From: a virus
Lineage: Duplodnaviria; Caudoviricetes
IMG/VR virus record: IMGVR_UViG_3300033069_001378
Location: 188,527 to 252,526 of that record
Length of the DNA: 64,000 bases
Reading direction: 5' to 3' (one strand)
Under the pieces are notes generated by a model that searched no databases, had not been told where the DNA came from, and saw only the letters and a program-made list of their open reading frames with translations. Shown here one piece after another: positions 1 through 8,437 of the stretch. Made by a program: the position numbers and the translations under genes. Each line of letters begins with the position of its first letter. Position 1 is the stretch's first letter.

Positions 1-172
1 ACTTGGCATTGAAATTTGAAACAAGAGCAAGTTCTGCTTCGGTTGGTTCATTATGATCAAGCACAATCTCAAGCTTGTCAAAACAAGTTTGCTTTGGAAG
101 CTCATTTAGAAACTTCTCAAGATAGCGTTCTCCCTTGAAACAAGGGGTTATTGTACTGACTTTGTTGTTCAT
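1..172 (-). CDS. GT2-family glycosyltransferase, N-terminal part (runs off window)
   Basis: Manual translation from ATG at 172: MNNKVSTITPCFKGERYLEKFLNELPKQTCFDKLEIVLDHNEP, a typical GT-A N-terminus; ATGA overlap with upstream stop. Confidence 0.75.
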   Translation of the reverse strand, partial: MNNKVSTITPCFKGERYLEKFLNELPKQTCFDKLEIVLDHNEPTEAELALVSNFNAK

Positions 173-1011
173 AGTGTTTTCAGTATCTCAATGTAAGCTT
201 TTGCTTTTTCAAGAAAGCCGTGCTCTTTCAAGATATAGTCTCTAGGTTTGTAAGAACCGAGGTTGTCCCTAAGCTCTTGGATTCTTGAGCAGTCAAGATT
301 ATCTACGACAATGCCACAGGCATCAGAGAAGTAGGGTACAGAAGAGGCTGGAACGGTTATCTGACCGTCGTCGCTGGTCCACGTAGTCTTGTTGAGGACG
401 TAGCATGGCACATTGCAAGATAGCATCTGCATGTACGCAAGTCCTTGACTTTCCGTTCCCGTTAGGAGTACAGCAAACTTTGCCCTGTCACAAAGAGAGC
501 TAAGAGCATTCTCATGGTAGGTTCCGTAGGAAATTACTTCATACTTCAGTCCCATGGAATCCAATTGCTTCTTCACTTCGTCGAGTTCAGATTGTTCTCT
601 GTTCTTGAAATAGACAAAGCAGTCGAGGTCTTTGTTCGCATTCAAGCTTGGCTTCCATGTTTTTGTGTCGATTCCTGCCGACCACACATGTATGGTTTTT
701 CCATTCATTTCGGGGAACTGCTCGTACAGTTTCTTTACCCAAAGAGAAGGAACGACAAAGTGTTTTCCAAACTTGCAGAGTTCTTTGTTGTCGCTTGGAA
801 CGACGAAAACATTTGGACCAATTAAAGTGCGATCAGGATTTAACTGTTGCCAGGTGGCTCCAAGGTCTTGCAAATAAGCGTAATAATCGCAGTTGCCTTG
901 ATTGTTGTATACCATAACATCGCGACAAACAGATATACCCCAATAGAGATTTCTATATACACCTCCGGGACCACGATGGCTTGTGTTGTTTGCCAATAAC
1001 GATATCTTCAT
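169..1011 (-). CDS. GT-B (GT4-like) glycosyltransferase
   Basis: GPGGV N-terminal loop, VVPSxWV, GIDTxxW, ESQGLAYMQMLSCNVP (ExFG..E-like donor-binding motif). Confidence 0.7.
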   Translation of the reverse strand: MKISLLANNTSHRGPGGVYRNLYWGISVCRDVMVYNNQGNCDYYAYLQDLGATWQQLNPDRTLIGPNVFVVPSDNKELCKFGKHFVVPSLWVKKLYEQFPEMNGKTIHVWSAGIDTKTWKPSLNANKDLDCFVYFKNREQSELDEVKKQLDSMGLKYEVISYGTYHENALSSLCDRAKFAVLLTGTESQGLAYMQMLSCNVPCYVLNKTTWTSDDGQITVPASSVPYFSDACGIVVDNLDCSRIQELRDNLGSYKPRDYILKEHGFLEKAKAYIEILKTL

Positions 1012-1014
1012 GTG

Positions 1015-1674
1015 TCACTTCTTTCTAAGATAGAGAGCATCGCCCCAACCGTACTCCGTTGGGCAGGTTGCAGCAGGATGAAATCCATAATTTCCCAACA
1101 GTACGTTCAAGAATGGCATAGTCTTGGCTCCTTTGTAAACCTCTTCGAAGTTTACTTCGGTGTAGACTGCATCAATTCTAAAGTCTCTGTTGTGGTGAGA
1201 AAGTAAATCTCCAAATCCTTGAAGGACTTCAAACTCTACACCCTGCACATCTAGATTCACAAAAACACTTCTGCCTTCTAGCTTGTATTGATTTGGCTCT
1301 TCTTTGATTAGCGAATCAAATCTTCTTGTTGTCACTTTGATTGTTTCTGTAACAGAGATTTGAGGATAATGTTTCTTGTGCGTTCCCATTTCCAAAAGAG
1401 AGCTTGATTGACCGTTGTTGGTTATCTTGAACTCAATCTCTTTGCCATCAACGTTGAACAAAGCTGCGCATTCAAAATCATCAAGTGCTCTGTACTTCTC
1501 TACGTTCTCAACAAGAGGCTTAATCAAATTTGGATTTGCTTCATACCAGAATGTCTTTTTAACGCCATATTTTGCGTAATCTTGAGCTTCTTCTCCAAGA
1601 TGGGCTCCGATATGAATTACGTAGTCAAAAGAATGTCCAGCAATCTCTAAGCATTTCGAGTAAGGTATCAACAT
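1015..1674 (-). CDS. FkbM-family SAM methyltransferase
   Basis: IHIGAHLGEE, YEANP, NLDVQGVEFEVLQG, YTEV; start moved to MLIPYSK (1674). Confidence 0.85.
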   Translation of the reverse strand: MLIPYSKCLEIAGHSFDYVIHIGAHLGEEAQDYAKYGVKKTFWYEANPNLIKPLVENVEKYRALDDFECAALFNVDGKEIEFKITNNGQSSSLLEMGTHKKHYPQISVTETIKVTTRRFDSLIKEEPNQYKLEGRSVFVNLDVQGVEFEVLQGFGDLLSHHNRDFRIDAVYTEVNFEEVYKGAKTMPFLNVLLGNYGFHPAATCPTEYGWGDALYLRKK

Positions 1675-1687
1675 TGTTTTCGGTCTT

Positions 1688-2416
1688 TCAGTTTTTGACG
1701 AGGAGTTCGTTTTTGATGAATAATAGATTTTCCCAGTTGTCAACAGACACAACGTCAGAAGCGGTCTTCACTATATTTCCAGGAGCTACGTCACCGTAGA
1801 AGATTGAGTATCCAAAGCTATCGAAGAACTTAACGAAGTCATCAATAGAGATACCTGCATCTTTGAATGTGTCACCAATCTCAAACTGTCCAGCATTCAC
1901 GATGCCAGATTGAAAAGTGTTGACGGCTCCTTTTAATGCTTCAAGTTCATGACCTTCAACGTCAATTTTCAAGTAGTTGATTTGGGTTATGTTGTTTTTG
2001 GAAACATAAGAGTCGATCGAAATCAAACTTACTTCAACGGGCACAGGCTGGTCCTCTGGTTTGAACCCTTCATATGCCTTTCGATTGTATAAGCTCGCTA
2101 TGGCAGAGCCGACACTACCTGGGTCATAGAGGTCCATCTTGTGTTCGGACGAGCTTACGCCTACGTTGTTGAGCGTTACGTTAGGTTGTGTTCCGTATCT
2201 CTCGTTGAGTCTTTCAAAGGCTTTTGGATTTGGCTCAAACGAGTGAACAACAAAGTTTGCCTGAACCATCGAGTTGAGAAGCTCAATGTAGTCTCCTATG
2301 TTGGAGCCGACGTCAAATATCACAAAAGGAGACGACTTGTCTGTTTTATGGGTTATGTATTTTACTGCCCTATGAAGGCATAGATTGTCTTGAGTTATCA
2401 TAAACCTCTTAGCCAA
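1688..2416 (-). CDS. FkbM-family SAM methyltransferase
   Basis: FDVGSNIGDY, SFEPNP, LKIDVEGHELEALKG. Confidence 0.9.
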   Translation of the reverse strand: MAKRFMITQDNLCLHRAVKYITHKTDKSSPFVIFDVGSNIGDYIELLNSMVQANFVVHSFEPNPKAFERLNERYGTQPNVTLNNVGVSSSEHKMDLYDPGSVGSAIASLYNRKAYEGFKPEDQPVPVEVSLISIDSYVSKNNITQINYLKIDVEGHELEALKGAVNTFQSGIVNAGQFEIGDTFKDAGISIDDFVKFFDSFGYSIFYGDVAPGNIVKTASDVVSVDNWENLLFIKNELLVKN

Positions 2417-3159
2417 GCATCATTCGTGCTTGAATTTCTACGATAGCAGTATAGTGGCAACTTGACTGCGGAGGTCTTTTGCAAAAGCAAAGTGAACTTC
2501 GTATTGAGATCAGAATCCTCTGCTCGTTGTATCCTTAGATTCATATCGGGTGGAACATATCTCATCCCGTCTTGCCATTTTGATGTTTCAAACATGCAAG
2601 CTCCACCATGGACTTCATATTCAGGAGAAGCAACATAATGCCCAATTCCGGGAACAGATCTGGAGTTACGACAAGAATCATAGGTATGCTTATGGTCCAA
2701 AAGCAAACTTCCCAAATTCGATAAATCATACGTTTCATTATAGTGGCTCTCCATATCCTCATCTGTGTGACAGTGATAAAATCCAACAAGATTGTGGCAG
2801 CTTCCTAGTAACTGCATTGCTTTGACCTGCACCTCAATCTTTTGAGACAAGGCTACGTCGTCAGCATCATGAATCATAACAAGAGGAGAAGAGACTTTGG
2901 AAATGGCTTCATTCAAAACTGCCCACTTTCCCTTGTTCTTGTCGTTCAGGATTGTTGTTATGGACTCATCTTCCCAACAGATTTCACTTAAGACCTCTTT
3001 GGTATATGGATCGGTTGAACCATCATCAATCAAGATGATTTCGAAATTCGAATAAGTCTGTCTTTTGATTGACTCAATGGACTTCTTCAAATACTTTCCA
3101 TGGTTGTAGTTCGTTATGATAACGGAAACTTTTGGATCATCACTTGACATATTCATCAA
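2398..3159 (-). CDS. GT2-family glycosyltransferase
   Basis: VSVIITNYN, IDDGSTD, DADD, ED motif. Confidence 0.9.
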   Translation of the reverse strand: MMNMSSDDPKVSVIITNYNHGKYLKKSIESIKRQTYSNFEIILIDDGSTDPYTKEVLSEICWEDESITTILNDKNKGKWAVLNEAISKVSSPLVMIHDADDVALSQKIEVQVKAMQLLGSCHNLVGFYHCHTDEDMESHYNETYDLSNLGSLLLDHKHTYDSCRNSRSVPGIGHYVASPEYEVHGGACMFETSKWQDGMRYVPPDMNLRIQRAEDSDLNTKFTLLLQKTSAVKLPLYCYRRNSSTNDAWLRGL

Positions 3160-4012
3160 ACACTTTCTTTGGAATTATGAAATGAGCAGCGTTAACAACA
3201 ACGTTTTCTCTAATCATTTTGATGAGTTCACTTGTTGACATTTTGGTTCCTCTTAACAAAGCTTCATTCAATTCTTCTGGAGAGTAGGTGTTTTCGTGCT
3301 TGTTTTGGATAACGCCTTGAACTCTGTTGCATGGAAAGTTGAACAATCTTGAAGCCTCGGGATAGCAAGTCAAAACCTGTGGGACGGTTCCAGAGAACTT
3401 TCTCATTTGGGCAAAATCGTTAAGAGCACCTTCAAGAGTGTTTGGATGCGTGAACTTTTCATCAGGTATCTTTGTCAAAATCTCGAGAATTTTGCTTGTG
3501 TGAAAGACGTTTCCGTCAAGTGACATTGGATATGCAAAGTCACCATCTGCTTCGGTCCATTTCCAGGCACAGTTCTTGTAAAAGTTTGGAATCTTCTGCT
3601 CACGACTTATTGGATAGCAGTAGTTCGTTTGAGAGCTAAGTCTTAATGAGACAGCCAAAACTCCATCAGGATGCTTTTCAAGCAGCTTGAAAGGTTCATC
3701 TTGCAATGACCAGTCATTATAGAAGAAAATATCATCCATTAAGAACATCGTGTATTTGCAATATGGATCAATCGAATCAAGCGTGTTCTTTTTGAAGTCT
3801 GTTTCTTGAACAAATTTTACGTTTTGAAACATAGGTACAACAAGATTCAGATAAGCATTCTCATATGCAATGTTAGAAGTCTTGAACACAACAGTTACGT
3901 TTGCTTCGTCTTTGTCCTTGAAGCATTCTAAAAACGAATGAAGGGCAGACGTAAGCTGCATTGCTCGGTCCTTGCTATACACGACGACATTGATTGTCTT
4001 TGACTTTATCAT
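3140..4012 (-). CDS. putative GT-A glycosyltransferase
   Basis: YSKDRAMQL, FLMDDIFF (DxD-like), YPMSLDGNVF; inside glycosylation cluster. Confidence 0.6.
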   Translation of the reverse strand: MIKSKTINVVVYSKDRAMQLTSALHSFLECFKDKDEANVTVVFKTSNIAYENAYLNLVVPMFQNVKFVQETDFKKNTLDSIDPYCKYTMFLMDDIFFYNDWSLQDEPFKLLEKHPDGVLAVSLRLSSQTNYCYPISREQKIPNFYKNCAWKWTEADGDFAYPMSLDGNVFHTSKILEILTKIPDEKFTHPNTLEGALNDFAQMRKFSGTVPQVLTCYPEASRLFNFPCNRVQGVIQNKHENTYSPEELNEALLRGTKMSTSELIKMIRENVVVNAAHFIIPKKVFDEYVK

Positions 4013-4509
4013 TTTTTCACGTACAGAGTTGCTTTATCAATTGAGTAGATCTTATCGAAACCACGTTCTTCAAGAAGCTTTTCAATTTCCCTAGAATCGT
4101 TTGTGACGCAGATGCCCTTGATTGAAGGGTACTTATCGGTTAGTCCTCCAAGACCCTCTACAATGCTTTTAGAATCCACAGAGGCACCTTGAATTGGGTT
4201 TACCTTGAGCAGATTGAACGCATCAAGATCAATGTGCATTACGTTTTCGTTAACATAGCTCTCAAGGCGCTTTGTGAATTGAGCATCTTCGTTACTTAGT
4301 TGAAGGGTGACAAACTGATTACGATAGTTCTTTACCGCTGTAGCTGGATAGAGCGTTGAGATCACGGCATTGTTTGGATGAATCCAAATTACCTTCTTGA
4401 CGCCGCTAAACTCATAATCAGCAATCTCAGCTTCAATGGCATCGCCGTAATGTATCACTCCGTTAATCTTGCTACCTAGAGCATTCGTAATCAATTTCAT
4501 AGGAATCAT
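4009..4509 (-). CDS. degenerate FkbM-like methyltransferase
   Basis: GVIHYGDAIEAE, VIWIHPN, LLKVNPIQG resemble the 1015-1674 paralog with eroded motifs; start MIPMKL. Confidence 0.5.
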   Translation of the reverse strand: MIPMKLITNALGSKINGVIHYGDAIEAEIADYEFSGVKKVIWIHPNNAVISTLYPATAVKNYRNQFVTLQLSNEDAQFTKRLESYVNENVMHIDLDAFNLLKVNPIQGASVDSKSIVEGLGGLTDKYPSIKGICVTNDSREIEKLLEERGFDKIYSIDKATLYVKK

Positions 4510-5525
4510 GGTGTCTTGTTCTCCTCTGCCCATTTGACAATCCACTTTGGCATGGGCTTGTTGATGGTCACACTATTTGTCTTTGTGCCTGTCCAAGCAG
4601 TATGGAAAATATGTCCAGAAGTTTCTGATTCTAACTTGCGTGCCATATCAATCATTTCTTGATCTGTTACGTCATTCAGACTCTTGCCTTCAAAGAATGG
4701 ATTCCAACCTTGTGGTCGCTTGTCTCCGTATAGAGAAATCCAATGTGCATTCCAATACTTGTCATACTTCTTGATCTTCTGGTAAACAGACCACCAAGAG
4801 TAATGATAAATGGTTGGAAGTTCTGTTGTAACGATATTGAACCATTGCTCGTATGTTTGAGCCGTTGATTCATCGAGAACAGCATGACGACGAAGAACTT
4901 CTACGTCGTTGTTCATGAAGTTTGCAAAAGGAACCACTTGTCCAGAGTCTTCATAGATGTAGTCACAACCGTCTGTTCCCTGTAGAGCATACAGGAGTCC
5001 CGATTGTGGATCTAGCTTTCTTAGATTGGCAGGAATGCCGTGGGTAATGTTCGGATCGTTCTTTGAGATTCTCCACTTCCATGGATTAACGTCAATTCGG
5101 ACCTTTCCAGACGAACCCCAATACTCAACGATTGGAATCGCGACAATTGGAACGCTTTGAAGTTGGTTTAGTTGTCCAAGAAGATGGTCAATCTTTGGTC
5201 TTGCGTTTTCTTCTATGATCTCATCGGAGTCAAGTTGAAACAGAAAATCACCAGAGCATTGAGAACGAGCAATTGCCTTTAGCTTACCATCCCATATTCC
5301 GTGATTTGCCGCAGTCCAGTCGATTTCTGCATATTCATAGACGTTCAAATTTTCAGGAAACTCTCTCACAAGCTCAAGTAGAGCCTTTGATGTTCCGTCT
5401 TCGACAGTTGAAGCATCTATCACAACAACTTCGTCACAGCAATCAAGCATAGACCGAATGGATGCTTCAAATGGGTAGTTCATTTCTACCGCGTTCTTAA
5501 CGTATGTGTATCCAGATAGCTTCAT
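4506..5525 (-). CDS. GT2-family glycosyltransferase
   Basis: CDEVVVID..STxDGT, QLDSDE, IYHY. Confidence 0.8.
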   Translation of the reverse strand: MKLSGYTYVKNAVEMNYPFEASIRSMLDCCDEVVVIDASTVEDGTSKALLELVREFPENLNVYEYAEIDWTAANHGIWDGKLKAIARSQCSGDFLFQLDSDEIIEENARPKIDHLLGQLNQLQSVPIVAIPIVEYWGSSGKVRIDVNPWKWRISKNDPNITHGIPANLRKLDPQSGLLYALQGTDGCDYIYEDSGQVVPFANFMNNDVEVLRRHAVLDESTAQTYEQWFNIVTTELPTIYHYSWWSVYQKIKKYDKYWNAHWISLYGDKRPQGWNPFFEGKSLNDVTDQEMIDMARKLESETSGHIFHTAWTGTKTNSVTINKPMPKWIVKWAEENKTP

Positions 5526-5532
5526 AGTTCTC

Positions 5533-6186
5533 TCACTTTAGTTCCCAAGACTCAAAATAAAATGTGAGCATGATTGTTGAAACTTCAATTGTATCATACG
5601 CGCATCCAGAAATATCCACAATTGGCATAGAAAGACCCTTCACTGTGGTTGTTGCGAGAACATCGCCAACACCATTCAAATGACGGATTTGCATATTTGT
5701 GCTTGTACGCTTAACCGAATCAAAGGGATTAAGATTCCAGCGGCGATTATGAACCATTTTGCTCTTAAGCTTCTCAATCATCTTTCTTGTGTTTGGATTA
5801 ACTGAATCATAGAGCATTACAACAGCTTCTCCGTATCCAGACAGTCTTGAATGCTCAGATACCTGTACTTCTTTGACAACGGTTGGATCAATCTCTTCAA
5901 GATCCAATACGTAATGACTGGAGATCAATGGTTGAAAGCTCTTTGGTTTCAAAAGAGTACCGATGTTTTCAACTGTGTTTGGCTTCTTTTCTTCTACCAC
6001 TTGTTCTGCAACTGGAGCCTGTTCTTGTTCTTCTGCTTGTTGTGGCAAGATTGTCCTTACCAACTCAACAGACACTTTGTCTGGTGTCGCTACATATCTC
6101 ACTTGACCACCAATAGACTTTATCTCGGTGTCTTCTATAGCAGTTGTCTTTTGTTCTTCTTCTTTTATTTTCTTTGGTCTAGCCAT
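5533..6186 (-). CDS. hypothetical protein, C-terminal half resembles T4 gp19-like tail tube
   Basis: MLYDSVNP ... IRHLNGVGDVLATTTVKG ... AYD...STIMLTFYFE pattern matches tube-protein strands. Confidence 0.45.
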   Translation of the reverse strand: MARPKKIKEEEQKTTAIEDTEIKSIGGQVRYVATPDKVSVELVRTILPQQAEEQEQAPVAEQVVEEKKPNTVENIGTLLKPKSFQPLISSHYVLDLEEIDPTVVKEVQVSEHSRLSGYGEAVVMLYDSVNPNTRKMIEKLKSKMVHNRRWNLNPFDSVKRTSTNMQIRHLNGVGDVLATTTVKGLSMPIVDISGCAYDTIEVSTIMLTFYFESWELK

Positions 6187-6189
6187 TCT

Positions 6190-6441
6190 TCAATCCTCTT
6201 CCTTTTCATTAGCAAACTTTTCTTTACACGCTGGACAATACGTCTTTGTTATGAGCCCTATCTCAACCGTAATCCACCCTTTTCCATTTAACTCTTCTGG
6301 ATACTCAAGAGCAATGAACCTTCTTACCGAGACTTCATTTCCTTTTTTCACACTTAGCATCATTGGTTCAACCAAGACTGGTGTGGTGAAGGTTCCTTCA
6401 CAGCATCCATCGCATGAAATTGTAAATGGGAGACTGATCAT
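6190..6441 (-). CDS. small Zn-binding hypothetical protein
   Basis: CDGC ... CPAC; overlaps upstream stop. Confidence 0.6.
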   Translation of the reverse strand: MISLPFTISCDGCCEGTFTTPVLVEPMMLSVKKGNEVSVRRFIALEYPEELNGKGWITVEIGLITKTYCPACKEKFANEKEED

Positions 6442-7412
6442 GTGCAGTATTCCGTGTTGTTATACTTACAGAACTTGCACGACATTCTGTTCTTTGAATA
6501 GAGTCTCTTGTTCAAGTGCATAAGCATTTTGGTTACGATATCCAAAGCCTTCTCTTCTGTTTTTGGTCCAACGGATACCATGACAAGCTCACAGATTGCC
6601 TCCGGGTTTGACTTAGGTGGCTTCCTCTTCAAGAGTACAAATCCACAACGAATGTCCTTCATTGGGATATTGTAGGTCTTTGAAATAAAGTGCTTATACA
6701 GAACAAGCTGCAACTGTTTGTTGAAACTTGTCTTCTTCTCAAAAGACCATCCCCAAGAGGTTGTCTTCCAATCCAAAACGTAATAAATGAACTCGCCCTT
6801 CTTCTTTGGGTTTGGCATCTTGATTACACAGTCAACGAAACCCTTAAAGAATCTGTTCTTGATTGAATCGTTTACAGATTCGTAAAGCTTAAGCTCTGCT
6901 CCGAAGATTTCCCAGTCAGGGAACTGCTCATCCATCCACTTAGGAACGGCATCAAAGATTGGTTCAAAGCTTGAATCAAATTCAGATGCTTTGTCTGTGT
7001 AGTCCTTATAGATTGAGGCTGCAACTCTTTGCTTGAACTCTACAAGATGCTTCTCTGTCCAGTCTTTCTGGACTTGCTCTGTGTTAATTGCTACTCGTGA
7101 ACCCTTTGGTTGGCTTACATAACCTTCCAAAGAATCATGAACAACTTGTCCGAAAAGAGTATGGATACTCTCAGAGTCAAGATCAATCTTGTCGATGTAC
7201 TTTAGCTTATGACGCCATTGGCACTCAATCCAGTCGTGCATTTCAGAATATGAAATATGTGGACGACCAGTTGGAAGAAGATCGGAAACGGGAATGATCT
7301 TCTCTTCCTTTGGAGTCACAACTTGTTCAATTTTCAGGTCATCAGCTTTGTCGTCTAAATCATCAATGATGCTCAAGAGAGCATCCTTGCTACTTGCTTT
7401 TTCCTTTTGCAT
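6438..7412 (-). CDS. PD-(D/E)XK nuclease, RecB/AddB/Cas4-like
   Basis: ISYSE..DWIECQW, G.VVH..LE, KGFVD, LDWKT, QLVLY, C-terminal CKFCKY...C. Confidence 0.85.
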   Translation of the reverse strand: MQKEKASSKDALLSIIDDLDDKADDLKIEQVVTPKEEKIIPVSDLLPTGRPHISYSEMHDWIECQWRHKLKYIDKIDLDSESIHTLFGQVVHDSLEGYVSQPKGSRVAINTEQVQKDWTEKHLVEFKQRVAASIYKDYTDKASEFDSSFEPIFDAVPKWMDEQFPDWEIFGAELKLYESVNDSIKNRFFKGFVDCVIKMPNPKKKGEFIYYVLDWKTTSWGWSFEKKTSFNKQLQLVLYKHFISKTYNIPMKDIRCGFVLLKRKPPKSNPEAICELVMVSVGPKTEEKALDIVTKMLMHLNKRLYSKNRMSCKFCKYNNTEYCT

Positions 7413-7483
7413 TTTTCATTCTACAACTTTCTTCTTTTCTTATTCTATCACAGAGAAGTCTAGAAGAAAACAAGAATCAAAGC

Positions 7484-8437
7484 TTATTGCACAAGATTTT
7501 GTTCGGTTAAGCTTTCCCAAAACGCTTTTGGACGGTCATAGAGGAATTGCAAAAACTTGGATGGGTCCGGTTCTGTAAACCATGACTCATTTCTCATTTG
7601 AACATTTTCGTTAATGTCAAGCTCAAGTCCAAGAACCTTTGCTTCAACAACAAGTCTTGGGCAGGTGTCATATCCAATTGGATGAAAGACAAGTCCCTTG
7701 TACTTGTTAAGCTCTTTCAAGAAATCACGATAAGGGAGTTTTGGAACCACCTTGTATGGCATGTTGTTGGTTTTGCAATATGTCTCGGTTCCAGCCTGGT
7801 TCTTAATCCAAGAAGAACCACCATGAAGAATTGCCCATTCCTTAGCTTCACTCGAATGCTCAAAACTTAACTCAACAAGGTAGTCCAAATCTTTTTTGGA
7901 CCAAGTGCTGTATTGGCACTTTAGATTTGTCCATGTTGCCATGTTTGGAAACTTGGAGATATAAGTGTCCCTTTGAGTCTCGGACATAAAGTAGACAGAC
8001 TGTGCTCTTCTGTAGAAAGCTTGAGTCCATTTGCCATAATCCTTGACCTCATGACAATCGCAAAGTTTCTTTTCTTGAACAAAATGATGATGTTCAGAAC
8101 GATGCTTGCAATACTTGTAATCGCACTCGACGATTACGTAGTTGCATTTATTCAAAACAAGAGAGGACAGAGCTTCTCTTTTAGCCAACGAGTAGTTAAC
8201 CAAAATCCAAAGCTTGTCCTTGTTGTCTTCAACCATCTGATAGGTGAGCGAAGTGCTGTGAATCTTTTGAGACTTTAGAGGACAAGTCTCATAAAGCGAT
8301 TCAAGCGTAAGTTCTGCTCCACCTGTGTAATCTTCCAAAAAGAAATCGGACACAAAGATTACCCTTGCGTCCTTGGAAATCCAAAATTCTCTTGGTATTA
8401 CAATGCTAGATCCCGTTTGTTGCTGTTGTTGTTCCAT
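7484..8437 (-). CDS. GT-B (GT4-like) glycosyltransferase
   Basis: GGAELT, YKGLVFHPIGYDTCPRLVVEAKVLG; start probably MEQQQQ at 8437. Confidence 0.7.
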   Translation of the reverse strand: MEQQQQQTGSSIVIPREFWISKDARVIFVSDFFLEDYTGGAELTLESLYETCPLKSQKIHSTSLTYQMVEDNKDKLWILVNYSLAKREALSSLVLNKCNYVIVECDYKYCKHRSEHHHFVQEKKLCDCHEVKDYGKWTQAFYRRAQSVYFMSETQRDTYISKFPNMATWTNLKCQYSTWSKKDLDYLVELSFEHSSEAKEWAILHGGSSWIKNQAGTETYCKTNNMPYKVVPKLPYRDFLKELNKYKGLVFHPIGYDTCPRLVVEAKVLGLELDINENVQMRNESWFTEPDPSKFLQFLYDRPKAFWESLTEQNLVQ

